The notes under the pieces are model-generated. The model was not told the DNA's origin. It did not search any database and worked only from the letters and a program-made list of their open reading frames with translations. The position numbers and the translations under genes were made by a program. Below are positions 1 to 8,993 of a DNA stretch of 64,000 nt, one piece after another. The stretch covers positions 46,846-110,845 of the forward strand of contig NZ_QKOE01000005.1 in assembly GCF_003226565.1 (NCBI RefSeq), read 5' to 3'. The DNA is from Parazoarcus communis SWub3 = DSM 12120. GTDB taxonomy: Bacteria; Pseudomonadota; Gammaproteobacteria; Burkholderiales; Rhodocyclaceae. How positions within the stretch are numbered: position 1 is the stretch's first letter; each line of letters begins with the position of its first letter.

Positions 1-1
1 T

Positions 2-850
2 GCGCTGATCGGCACCGTTGGCACCTCAAACCTGCAGGCAGTGATCAACGATGGCGTACTGGTGCGAGCCGGTTTGCCACTGGTCGGCGCGGTCTCCGGT
101 GCAAGCGGCGTCGTTGGCGGGCGCAATGTGTTCGTGGTGAAGGCGAGCTATCACGATGAGGTGAACCGGTTGTTTGCCAGCCTGGCGGCCTTGCAGGTGA
201 CGCGACTGGGCTTGGTGATCCAGGATGACGGCCTGGGCGCGGACGTGTCGGCCGGGGCGGAGGCCGCAGCAGGACGCAACGGAGTGGTCATCAGCGCCCG
301 TGCCGCTTACGCGCGAAATACCACTGAGGTGGCGCCGGCGGTGCAGGCCATGCTGCAGGCACGTCCGCAGGCTATCTTCCTGGGGGCGACAACGGCGGCT
401 GCGATCGAGTTTGTGCGCCAGTACCGGGCGCAGGGCGGCGACGCGACGCTGTACGGCATGTCGATCATCGACAGCAAGCAGCTGCTTGACCAGTTGGGCC
501 CGGAGCTGGCGCGTGGATACGCCTTCTCGGCGGTGTTGCCGCTGGAAAGCCAGACAACGCTGGAGTTGGTGCGCGAGTATCTGCGACTGCGTCGGAAGTC
601 GACCGACCCTGATCTGTCGGCACGTTCGATCGAGGGGTTTGTGGCCGCCAAGGTACTGGTCACCGCGTTGCGTGCCGTGGCCTCCGAAAGCCGGGCGGAA
701 CCAACCCCCGCCATGGTGTTGCGTGCCTTGCAGTCGATGCGTCGGGCGGACATGGGGGGGTATGTGCTCGATTTCTCTCAACCGGGCCGCTCGGCATCCA
801 CTCATGTCGACTTTGCCATGTTCGGCAGTGGCGGCAAGGTGGTGCATTGA
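2..850 (+). CDS. C-terminal part of a periplasmic substrate-binding protein (LivK / branched-chain amino-acid ABC transporter, type-1 PBP family). The N-terminus lies upstream of the window.
   Basis: The frame is open from the window edge. The composition and motifs resemble Leu/Ile/Val-binding proteins. The 41..850 track ORF is a sub-fragment of this frame. Confidence 0.55.
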   Translation, partial: ALIGTVGTSNLQAVINDGVLVRAGLPLVGAVSGASGVVGGRNVFVVKASYHDEVNRLFASLAALQVTRLGLVIQDDGLGADVSAGAEAAAGRNGVVISARAAYARNTTEVAPAVQAMLQARPQAIFLGATTAAAIEFVRQYRAQGGDATLYGMSIIDSKQLLDQLGPELARGYAFSAVLPLESQTTLELVREYLRLRRKSTDPDLSARSIEGFVAAKVLVTALRAVASESRAEPTPAMVLRALQSMRRADMGGYVLDFSQPGRSASTHVDFAMFGSGGKVVH

Positions 851-862
851 GCGGCCGGCCGC

Positions 863-1858
863 TTACTCGGGAATACAGATCAGGCCGCGCCTGGCCGCGA
901 TCAGGGTCTTGATCAGCAGCAGGCCGACGATGGCCGACAGGGTGATCAGCAGGATGCTGCCCAGGATGGCATAGGCTGGCCCTTCGGTCTGGCGGCTCAT
1001 TTCGAAGCTGGCGATGGTCATCGCTGCCAGCGGAAAGGAATAGGCCCAGGCCGAGATGAAGAAAGGCAGGCGGAAGAAGCGCGGTGCGTTGCCGAGCAGC
1101 AGCAGGGTCAGGAACAGGGCGGTGAAATACAGGATGCGGGCGAAGTTGTCGACCTGGTCGTTGAGTGCGATGTAGGACAGGAAGCCCACGGCCGGCGGCG
1201 CGATCAGGATGAACAAGGTCGGCGTCAGCCGAGCCGGCAGTGGCTCGTGGAAGAACAGGCGATAGAGCACGATGGTCATCAGTACCAGCCAGAACACCAG
1301 ACCAATGCTGAAGAAGAACCAGCTGACGTCTACCGGCGCGAAGCGCACGCCGGCGATCGGCACCAGGATGTTGCCCACCACCGGGATGAACCACGCTGGA
1401 TTGGCATGCTTGATGTCGTAGTGGGTGTGGTGCAGCCAGCTGCTCATGACGTTCAGGGTGAAGCCCAGGTGCAGCGCGGCGCCCAATGTCCACATCCAGC
1501 GCGCGGGTTCGGGTGCGGTGGTGGCCCAGGCGATGGAGAGCAGGATCAGGCCGATGGAAATGGTCGGGAAGAAATTGAGCCGCACGGGGTGGCGGTGCTC
1601 GGCGGCGACGGCGGCGGGGTGACGGACCAGTTTGGTGGTGTAGAGAACGAGCAGGAAGACGTAAATTGAGCTGGCTGTCCACCGCAGGATGTCGCCAGGC
1701 AAGGCCGGAAGTCCGACGACGTGATGGGCTTTCATCCAGGCGATGGCCAGTCCTGCCATGCCCATGACAATGGAGAACAGGGCGACGGGCAGGTGGGCGA
1801 GGCGGCTTTCGCCGTGCGAGTGACCTGCAGACAGGTCGGGTGTGGTTGCGGAACTCAT
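863..1858 (-). CDS. TehA/TDT-family (tellurite-resistance / C4-dicarboxylate transporter, SLAC1-like) membrane protein
   Basis: 331 aa with about 10 predicted TM helices. Composition and length fit the TDT family. Confidence 0.6.
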   Translation of the reverse strand: MSSATTPDLSAGHSHGESRLAHLPVALFSIVMGMAGLAIAWMKAHHVVGLPALPGDILRWTASSIYVFLLVLYTTKLVRHPAAVAAEHRHPVRLNFFPTISIGLILLSIAWATTAPEPARWMWTLGAALHLGFTLNVMSSWLHHTHYDIKHANPAWFIPVVGNILVPIAGVRFAPVDVSWFFFSIGLVFWLVLMTIVLYRLFFHEPLPARLTPTLFILIAPPAVGFLSYIALNDQVDNFARILYFTALFLTLLLLGNAPRFFRLPFFISAWAYSFPLAAMTIASFEMSRQTEGPAYAILGSILLITLSAIVGLLLIKTLIAARRGLICIPE

Positions 1859-1887
1859 GGTGGGCTCTCTGGCGGTTGTTCGTGGGG

Positions 1888-2322
1888 TCAGTAACGAAGT
1901 TCGATGCGCGTCTGGTTGAGGCCTGGGGAGAGGTCGAAGGCGCTGTCTTCGAAGGCTGGCGGGCCGGAAACCCTGGGGTTGTTTGACAGCCCGTAGCCTT
2001 CGGTGGGAAACATGCCGAAGCGGCGATTCAACTCGCCGTTACCGTCCTCGTCGTGATAGGCCATGATCGCGTAGCGGCCGGGTGGCAAGGCGTCGAAGCG
2101 GACGCTGGCCTGGTCCGGTGTGGCGGCTGTCTGTGCCGTGGCGATGGCGAGCGCTTCCTTGCGGAAGGTTTTCGCTTCGTTGTACAGGCCAACGCGGAGG
2201 GTTCCGCGATCATGGGCAATGCCGGCCAGCGTGACCTCGAGCGATCCGGTGTTGGCCTGTGCCGCAAGCGGCAGGCTGAGGATGGCAGTGCAGATCAGCG
2301 CGGAAGTGAGTCGTGCGTACAT
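1888..2322 (-). CDS. DUF2141-type secreted protein of unknown function
   Basis: 144 aa with an N-terminal signal peptide. Sequence resembles conserved bacterial DUF2141 proteins. Confidence 0.5.
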   Translation of the reverse strand: MYARLTSALICTAILSLPLAAQANTGSLEVTLAGIAHDRGTLRVGLYNEAKTFRKEALAIATAQTAATPDQASVRFDALPPGRYAIMAYHDEDGNGELNRRFGMFPTEGYGLSNNPRVSGPPAFEDSAFDLSPGLNQTRIELRY

Positions 2323-2383
2323 TGGGGGCTCTGTGACTGAGGGTATCGGAAATTGTTTTGCAGGAAAGTTTTTGTAGATTGCA

Positions 2384-2405
2384 TTAGTTTATTCTAATAA
2401 ACTAA
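2384..2405. promoter_or_regulatory. AT-rich perfect inverted repeat TTAGTTTATT-CT-AATAAACTAA in the divergent intergenic region; candidate operator
   Basis: Read directly from the sequence: two 10-bp perfect arms with a 2-bp spacer, inside an AT-rich island in a GC-rich genome. Confidence 0.4.
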
Positions 2406-2610
2406 CAGTCAGGTTGCGAGATTGAATGCCCTGTCACTCTCAAAGCAAGAGCGATACCAGGCGATGCAACCGATGGCGCTTTCGCCAGACAGCCCGGCGG
2501 GCAAGGGTTCGAAGGGCTGTCGTCTTGATGTCATCGTGCCATTGGCTGTCAGTGTGGCAGCGTCTGCCAGCACGATGGCAGTGTTTCATTCAACCAACAG
2601 GAGTCTGATC

Positions 2611-3027
2611 ATGAAGAAAACCCTCGTCGCCCTCATGCTTGCGTTTGGTGCCGGTTCGGCGTTGGCTGACAAGCCGGCCATCACCGTCGTGTTGTCGTCG
2701 CCGGATACCATGACTCAGGGCATGGCCATGGTGCTGGCCAACCAGATGCAGGCGCAGGGCGGACAGGTGGATATCCTGCTTTGCGACAAGGCGGCGGATC
2801 TGGCACTGAAGGGGGCGGGTGGCGATGCCTTGAAGCCCAACAATGTGACGCCCGCACAACTCCTCGATGGCGCCATGCAGAAAGGGGCGAGCGCTTCGGT
2901 GTGCGCCTTGTATCTGCCCAATTCCGGAAAGACGGCAGCAGACCTGAAGGAAGGCGTGAAGCCGGCCAAGCCCGACGCGATGGGGCTGGCGTTGATGGAG
3001 CAAGGTCGCAAGGTGATCGGCTTCTGA
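2611..3027 (+). CDS. Periplasmic DsrE/DsrF/YchN-like family protein
   Basis: AGGAG RBS 8 nt upstream of the ATG at 2611. Signal peptide MKKTLVALMLAFGAGSALA. A roughly 115-aa mature domain whose pattern (KPAITVVLSSPD...VDILLCDKAADLALKG...VCALYL) fits the DsrE-like fold. The 2422 upstream extension has no RBS support. Confidence 0.45.
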   Translation: MKKTLVALMLAFGAGSALADKPAITVVLSSPDTMTQGMAMVLANQMQAQGGQVDILLCDKAADLALKGAGGDALKPNNVTPAQLLDGAMQKGASASVCALYLPNSGKTAADLKEGVKPAKPDAMGLALMEQGRKVIGF

Positions 3028-3351
3028 ATCGACTGGATTTCGTCTTGACCGATCGTGGCCGGGCTGTCGCTATGCTGGCAGGTTTGACGCATGATGTCAT
3101 GAATGGCAGTTCTGTGGCGTTATCCGGCTGCGATGGAAAGCGCTGATCTCCCGCAGTTGCTGGGGATCGCATGCGCTTGCAACGCTGGCACAGTGCTTGC
3201 CACTGTTGGGTCTGGAAGTGGCGGGCGCTACCGTTCGTTGTCCGGCTGCATACCTCCTGCAGCCATACCCCTGGCGCTGACTCCCTCACCGGTGCCGCCA
3301 CTTCCATTTTTTTGGTCCGGTTGTGCCGGGCCTCGACAACAGGAGTTTGAA

Positions 3352-3945
3352 ATGTCTGATCTCTCCAGCGAACGCCGAACCTTGTTGCTGGCCACTTCTG
3401 GTGCGGGTCTGGTGGCGGCGGCTGCGACCGCGGTTCCTTTTGTCGCCAGCCTGACGCCGTCTGACCGTGCCCGCGCCGCTGGCGCTCCCGTTGAGGCAGA
3501 TGTCAGCAAGCTGGCTGCGGGTGAAATGATGACTGTCGAATGGCGTGGCAAGCCGGTATGGATCCTGCACCGGACGCCCGAGATGCTTGCCGCGCTGGAA
3601 GGTCATGAGGGTCGGCTGGCGGATCCCGAGTCGGCCGAGCCTCAGCAACCCGGGTATGCGACCAACCGTCATCGCTCGAACAATCCCGACTATCTCGTGG
3701 TGGTGGGCATCTGCACTCACCTCGGCTGCTCGCCTTCGGAAAAGTTTGCAGCGGGTGCGGCCAGTGGCATGGGGGACGACTGGCCGGGTGGTTTCCTGTG
3801 TCCGTGTCACGGGTCGATCTTCGATCTGGCCGGGCGGGTGTTTCGTAACCAGCCTGCCCCGACCAATCTCGAAGTGCCGCCTTACCGCTGGTTGTCCGAC
3901 TCGATGCTGTTGATCGGTGACGACGATGTGACGGGTGCTGCCTGA
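3352..3945 (+). CDS. petA: Rieske [2Fe-2S] iron-sulfur protein of cytochrome bc1 type (PetA-like), with no adjacent petB/petC
   Basis: Carries the bc1-type Rieske boxes CTHLGC and CPCHGS, a Tat signal (SERRTLLLATSGAG), and an AGGAG RBS before the ATG at 3352. Downstream genes are RND efflux components, not cytochrome b/c1. Confidence 0.7.
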   Translation: MSDLSSERRTLLLATSGAGLVAAAATAVPFVASLTPSDRARAAGAPVEADVSKLAAGEMMTVEWRGKPVWILHRTPEMLAALEGHEGRLADPESAEPQQPGYATNRHRSNNPDYLVVVGICTHLGCSPSEKFAAGAASGMGDDWPGGFLCPCHGSIFDLAGRVFRNQPAPTNLEVPPYRWLSDSMLLIGDDDVTGAA

Positions 3946-4196
3946 AGGGGTTGAGCCCGTATCGGACATGACGTGTGATCTGGCTGGGGGCTGAACGGGC
4001 AGGCTCGATCAGTTTGTTATATTGCATAAATAGTTGATGCATATGGAGTAAGGTCCGCAGCGCGGTTGAACTTGTGGTGAGCCGGGCCAGTCAGTCTTCG
4101 GCGACCGGTTTGCTAATCGCCGATACATGGCGGGTGTCAGGCTGTGTGAAAATCCCGGCTTCGACCGACGTTTCAACCCCTGGATGGACCTCCTTC

Positions 4197-5312
4197 ATGT
4201 CGTCACGACGTTCCGTTGTACTTGTATGCGCGCTAGGCCTTGCCGTGATCGGGGCTTACGCCTGGCATGCCAACCGTGCGCCGCAAACGGCAAAGCCGGT
4301 CGCCGCCGGCCTTGCAGCGCCTGCGTTGCCCGCACAGAGCGGACCGGTCGCCGTTGAAGTCGCACAGGTGCGTACTGTGTCACTGGCCAATGATGTCAGT
4401 GCGGTGGGCACGCTGGTATCCAACGAGTCGGTGGTACTGCGGCCGGAGGTTTCCGGGCGCATTCTGGCCATTCGCTTTCAGGATGGCCAGGCCGTAAAAC
4501 GGGGTGCCGTGCTGATCGAGTTCGATGCGGCGGTTCAGCGTGCCGAACTACAGCAGGCGCGGGCCGGCCTGAGTCTGGCGGAATCCAACTTCACCCGTTC
4601 GGAAGATCTTTTTGCGCGCAAGTTCGTCAGCCAGAGCGGACTCGATACGGCACGCTCCCAGCTTGAGGTCGCGCGTGCTGCCGTCGCGCTGGCTCAGGCG
4701 CGCTACGAGCGGATGCAGATACGCGCGCCCTTTGACGGCGTGCTTGGCATCCGTAATGTCAGCCCGGGCGATTTCGTCAAGGATGGCGAAGCGCTGGTCA
4801 ATCTCGAAGACATCGCCACGCTGAAGGTCGATTTCCGCTTGCCTGAGCTATACCTGGGACGCATCCGGCCCGGTCAGGCGCTGGAGGTCAGCAGCGATGT
4901 GGTGGCGGGGGAAACCTTTACTGCCCGGGTAGAGGCGATCGACCCGCTGGTGGACGCGTCAGGGCGGGCGGTGTTGTTGCGCGCGAGCCTGGACAATGCC
5001 GCACGCAAGCTGCGCCCGGGGGTGTTCGCCCGGGTTCGCCTGATTCTTGAGGAGCGCCCGTCGGTGCTGGTCGTGCCCGAGGAATCGCTGGTGCCCGCGC
5101 CAGGAGGGGTGCAGCTGGTCTATCAGGTGGCTGATGGCAAGGCCCTGCGCACCGAGGTGAGGACGGGCATGCGTCGTGGTGGCGTCGTCGAGGTTGTATC
5201 CGGGCTGGAGGCGGATGCCCTTGTTGTGACTGCGGGCCAGCTCAAGTTGCGCGACGGGGCGCCGGTGTCTGTTGTGCTGCCTGCGGCGGTTGCTGCGGGC
5301 CGGCCGGGCTGA
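4197..5312 (+). CDS. RND efflux membrane fusion protein (HlyD/AcrA family periplasmic adaptor)
   Basis: One N-terminal TM anchor followed by coiled-coil and beta-barrel regions typical of membrane fusion proteins. Immediately upstream of, and overlapping, the RND permease gene. Confidence 0.85.
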   Translation: MSSRRSVVLVCALGLAVIGAYAWHANRAPQTAKPVAAGLAAPALPAQSGPVAVEVAQVRTVSLANDVSAVGTLVSNESVVLRPEVSGRILAIRFQDGQAVKRGAVLIEFDAAVQRAELQQARAGLSLAESNFTRSEDLFARKFVSQSGLDTARSQLEVARAAVALAQARYERMQIRAPFDGVLGIRNVSPGDFVKDGEALVNLEDIATLKVDFRLPELYLGRIRPGQALEVSSDVVAGETFTARVEAIDPLVDASGRAVLLRASLDNAARKLRPGVFARVRLILEERPSVLVVPEESLVPAPGGVQLVYQVADGKALRTEVRTGMRRGGVVEVVSGLEADALVVTAGQLKLRDGAPVSVVLPAAVAAGRPG

Positions 5313-5322
5313 GGGCGGGGAC

Positions 5323-8300
5323 ATGGTCATCTCCGAGATCTGCATCAAACGCCCGGTGTTTGCCACGGTGCTGTCCTTGCTGGTCATCCTGATCGGCCTG
5401 ATGTCGTACTCCCGCCTGACCGTGCGCGAGTATCCCAATATCGATGAACCGGTGGTCACGGTTGATACCACTTACCGTGGCGCCAGTGCCGAAATCGTCG
5501 AGTCGCAGGTCACCAAGCCGCTCGAGGATTCTCTGGCGGGGATCGAGGGGGTGGATGTACTGCAGTCGATCAGTCGCCAGGAGCGCAGCCAGATCACCGT
5601 GCGCTTTCGCATCGAGCGCGATGCCGACAGCGCAGCAGCGGATGTGCGCGACCGGGTGTCGCGGGTCCGGCGTCGTTTGCCGGACGATGTTGATGAGCCG
5701 GTGATTGCCAAGGTCGAAGCCGATGCCAACCCCATCATCTGGGTGGCGTTTGCATCCGACCGCCACGACCCGCTGGAGCTGAGCGACTTTGCCAGCCGTA
5801 TCGTCAAGCCGCGGCTGCAGACCTTGCCCGGGGCGGCGGATGCGCGGGTGTTTGGCGAGCGCCGCTATTCGATGCGGATCTGGCTGGACCGCGATCGACT
5901 GGCAGCCTTTGGTGTGACCGCACAGGAGGTCGAGGACGCGATCCGGCGGCAGAACGTGGAGCTGCCTGCTGGCCGTATCGAGGGGCGCGAGCGTGAGTTT
6001 GCCGTGGTCGCGCGCACCGACCTGACCGAGACGACGCAGTTCGAGGCCATCGTGGTGCGGCAGGCGACCGCTGCCGGGGCGTATCCGATCCGGATTCGCG
6101 ACCTGGGGCGGGTGGAGGTCGCACCGGAGAACGAGCGGACCTTGGTGCGCTTCATGGGCAGGCCGGCGATCTCGCTGGGCCTGATCAAGCAGTCCACTGC
6201 CAATCCGCTCGACCTGAAGAAGGGTCTGGTGGAGATGATGCCGGTGCTCGAGGCGGAGTTGCCCGAGGGTATGTCGATGACGATTGCCAACGACACCACG
6301 GTATTCATCGAGCGCTCGATCGATTCGGTGTTCACCACCATCTGGGAGGCGGTGCTGCTGGTGGCAGCGGTGTGCCTGTTCTTCCTGCGAAGCTGGCGGG
6401 CGATGCTGGTGCCGCTGGTGACGATTCCGGTCTCGCTGGTGGGCGCCTTCGCGCTGATGTACGTCATGGGTTTTTCGATCAACACCCTGACCTTACTCGC
6501 GCTGGTGCTGGCGATCGGTCTGGTGGTGGATGATGCGATCGTGGTGCTGGAGAACATCTACCGCCATATCGAGGATGGCATGGCGCCGATGGCTGCGGCG
6601 TTTCGCGGAGCCAGGGAGATCGGCTTTGCCGTGGTGGCAATGACGATCACCCTGGCTGCGGTGTATGCACCGGTGGCCTTCATGACCGGGCGGACCGGCA
6701 AGCTGTTTGCCGAATTTGCCCTGACCTTGGCTGGCGCGGTACTGGTGTCCGGTTTTGTTGCACTGACGCTGTCGCCAATGATGTGCTCCCGCCTGCTGCA
6801 TCACGAGCAGAAGCATGGTGCCGTGTATGTCGCGATCGAACGCTTCCTGGAGTGGCTGACCCAGGGGTACCGCCGGGTACTGGTGCGCATGCTGGGTCTG
6901 CGCTGGATGGTGATGGTGGCGTTTGCACTGGTCGCCGGGAGTGCGGTGGTGCTGCTTGGTCAGCTCAAGTCCGAACTGGCGCCAGTTGAGGACCGAGGGC
7001 GTGTGGTCAGCATCTTCAATGGTCCGGAAGGGGCGACGATGGACTACATGGCCCGCTATGCGGGTCAGATCGAGGACATCTACGGACGTACCGCGGATGT
7101 CGATCGATACCTGGTCATCACTGGCAACCCTACCGTGTCCCAGGGCATCTCGTTTGCCGGCTTTGCTGATTGGTCCGAGCGCGAGCGCAACGCATCGGCG
7201 ATCGCTGCCGAGCTGGGGCCGCAGTTACGTGCGATTCCCGGCATCAATGCCTTTCCGGTACTGCCGGCAGCCTTTGGTCAGAGTCCGCGCTCCAGACCGA
7301 TCAGCTTCGTCGTGGTGAGTTCGGCTTCGTATGAAGAGATGGGGCGCTATACCGACCTGATTGTTGATGAGATGCGCAGCAATCCAGGATTCGTCTCCCC
7401 TGACACCGACCTGAAGCTGACCAAGCCCGAGCTTGGGGTCAAAGTGGATCGCGAGCGGGCGGCTGACCTGGGCGTGCCGGTGGATGTCATCGGGCGTACG
7501 CTGGAAACCATGCTGGGCGGACGCCAGGTGACGCGCTACAAGCTCGATGCCGAACAGTACGATGTGGTTGTGCAGATGGAGGCGGGCAGTCGTGCCGATC
7601 CGCGCGACATCCGCGACATCTATGTGCGCGGCAAGAGTGGCGAGATGGTGCCGCTCGATAACCTGGTCACCGTGGATGAAAGCCTGAGCCCGCGCGAACT
7701 CAATCACTTCGGCCAGCGTCGGGCGGTGACCATCTCCGCCAACCTGGCACCCGACTATTCCATGGGCGAGGCACTGGCTTTTCTCGAGGCTGCCGCTGGC
7801 CGCATCCTGCCGCCCGGCTATGCGGTCGATTACGATGGGCAGTCGCGCGAGTTCAAGAGCAGCTCGGCCAGCCTGGCGCTGGTGTTCCTGCTGGCACTGG
7901 CCTTCATCTACCTGGTGCTGGCGGCGCAGTTCGAGAGCTTTCGTGATCCCTTGATCATCATGCTGACGGTGCCATTGTCGATGGCCGGCGCGTTGGCTGC
8001 GCTGTGGCTGACCGGTGGGACGCTGAACGTTTATAGCCAGATCGGGCTGGTGACGCTGGTCGGGCTGATTACCAAGCACGGCATCCTGATCGTCGAGTTT
8101 GCCAATCAGTTGCGCGATCAGGGGGAACAACTGCGCGCAGCTGTGATCGAAGCTTCCGTGTTGCGTTTACGCCCCATCCTGATGACGACGGGTGCAATGG
8201 TGCTGGGGGCGATTCCGCTGGCGCTGGCGACGGGGGCGGGCGCAGAAAGCCGGCAGCAGATCGGCTGGGTCATCGTGGGTGGTCTGCTGCTGGGTACATT

Positions 8301-8409
8301 CTTCACGCTCTTTGTCGTGCCGACGGTCTATACTCTACTTGCACGACGCGAGCGTGAGCCGGATGTTTCCGAAGCAAGCGATGGCAAGCCGGCGGGTGCA
8401 GCAGTTTGA
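5323..8409 (+). CDS. RND family efflux transporter permease (AcrB/MdtB/CzcA-like, 12 TM with two large periplasmic loops)
   Basis: 1029 aa. The N-terminus MVISEICIKRPVFATVLSLLVILIGL is typical of AcrB-like pumps, and the large periplasmic loops are present. Confidence 0.9.
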   Translation: MVISEICIKRPVFATVLSLLVILIGLMSYSRLTVREYPNIDEPVVTVDTTYRGASAEIVESQVTKPLEDSLAGIEGVDVLQSISRQERSQITVRFRIERDADSAAADVRDRVSRVRRRLPDDVDEPVIAKVEADANPIIWVAFASDRHDPLELSDFASRIVKPRLQTLPGAADARVFGERRYSMRIWLDRDRLAAFGVTAQEVEDAIRRQNVELPAGRIEGREREFAVVARTDLTETTQFEAIVVRQATAAGAYPIRIRDLGRVEVAPENERTLVRFMGRPAISLGLIKQSTANPLDLKKGLVEMMPVLEAELPEGMSMTIANDTTVFIERSIDSVFTTIWEAVLLVAAVCLFFLRSWRAMLVPLVTIPVSLVGAFALMYVMGFSINTLTLLALVLAIGLVVDDAIVVLENIYRHIEDGMAPMAAAFRGAREIGFAVVAMTITLAAVYAPVAFMTGRTGKLFAEFALTLAGAVLVSGFVALTLSPMMCSRLLHHEQKHGAVYVAIERFLEWLTQGYRRVLVRMLGLRWMVMVAFALVAGSAVVLLGQLKSELAPVEDRGRVVSIFNGPEGATMDYMARYAGQIEDIYGRTADVDRYLVITGNPTVSQGISFAGFADWSERERNASAIAAELGPQLRAIPGINAFPVLPAAFGQSPRSRPISFVVVSSASYEEMGRYTDLIVDEMRSNPGFVSPDTDLKLTKPELGVKVDRERAADLGVPVDVIGRTLETMLGGRQVTRYKLDAEQYDVVVQMEAGSRADPRDIRDIYVRGKSGEMVPLDNLVTVDESLSPRELNHFGQRRAVTISANLAPDYSMGEALAFLEAAAGRILPPGYAVDYDGQSREFKSSSASLALVFLLALAFIYLVLAAQFESFRDPLIIMLTVPLSMAGALAALWLTGGTLNVYSQIGLVTLVGLITKHGILIVEFANQLRDQGEQLRAAVIEASVLRLRPILMTTGAMVLGAIPLALATGAGAESRQQIGWVIVGGLLLGTFFTLFVVPTVYTLLARREREPDVSEASDGKPAGAAV

Positions 8410-8417
8410 ATCCGGAG

Positions 8418-8930
8418 ATGATCATGGATACCTCGATGAGGTTACCGACCGCAGATCTTGCGGCGCTTCAGTCGAGCAGACCCGCATCGCGCGTGGCTGC
8501 GAACGAGGCGGAGCAGCAGTCTTCAGTTCAGGATACGCGTCCTGGGGTGGAGGTCAGCATCAGCGAGCAGGGCCGGGCGGCGGCGGAACAGGCTGCGCGT
8601 ACCGAATCTGCTGCGGTGCAGCCTGCCCAGCCTGGTGTTCCGCCTGCGTCAGGCGAGGCTGATCCGGTGACTGCGCCTTCGGCGACTGCTGCCGCTCGCG
8701 CACCCGAGTCCGCCGCGGCAACACCGGTGGTCAGCCAGGCGCCCGAGCGCGTGCAAAGTGCCCAGCAACAGCCCGCCGAAACACGCGGGGTTTCCAACGA
8801 GCAAGCCCGGGCCGAACGCGAACCCGATGCACCGGCTGCGGCCAGCAGTCCGTCAGTGCAGCTGTATCTCGACAACGCCAACCGCCCTGCTGCGCAAGCC
8901 GGACCTTCGACGGTACGCGTGTCGGCCTGA
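8418..8930 (+). CDS. Hypothetical Ala/Pro/Gln-rich low-complexity protein (doubtful gene)
   Basis: The ORF overlaps the RND stop codon. Its third-codon positions carry much more A/T than flanking genes. It sits in a convergent intergenic gap and is followed by a strong intrinsic terminator. Confidence 0.25.
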   Translation: MIMDTSMRLPTADLAALQSSRPASRVAANEAEQQSSVQDTRPGVEVSISEQGRAAAEQAARTESAAVQPAQPGVPPASGEADPVTAPSATAAARAPESAAATPVVSQAPERVQSAQQQPAETRGVSNEQARAEREPDAPAAASSPSVQLYLDNANRPAAQAGPSTVRVSA

Positions 8931-8953
8931 GTCCTCGCTGCTGATACGCTGCG

Positions 8954-8992
8954 GCGTGCCCTGTGTTGAACACGGGGCGCGCCTTTTCTTTT
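8954..8992 (+). terminator. Rho-independent terminator: 12-bp stem with two G·U pairs, loop UUGAA, then CUUUUCUUUU
   Basis: Read directly from the sequence: gcgtgccctgtg-ttgaa-cacggggcgcgc followed by a T-tract. It lies in the convergent gap between the RND operon and the BT1 transporter gene. Confidence 0.55.
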
Positions 8993-8993
8993 G

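Noticed and set aside
660-1682. 340-aa minus-strand ORF overlapping the TehA-like gene in another frame
   Set aside because: An Arg/Pro-rich translation with no TM pattern. The overlapping frame 863..1858 gives a coherent 10-TM protein.
3946-4196. TetR/MarR-type operator for the RND efflux operon (direct repeats TGCATA...TGCATA in the AT-rich stretch 4017-4050)
   Set aside because: No cognate regulator gene is adjacent. The repeats are short and a promoter could not be placed confidently.
7225-8130. 301-aa minus-strand ORF, and others such as 5865..6557, inside the RND permease gene
   Set aside because: Antisense to a 1029-aa AcrB-like gene with clear family features. No RBS or independent homology.
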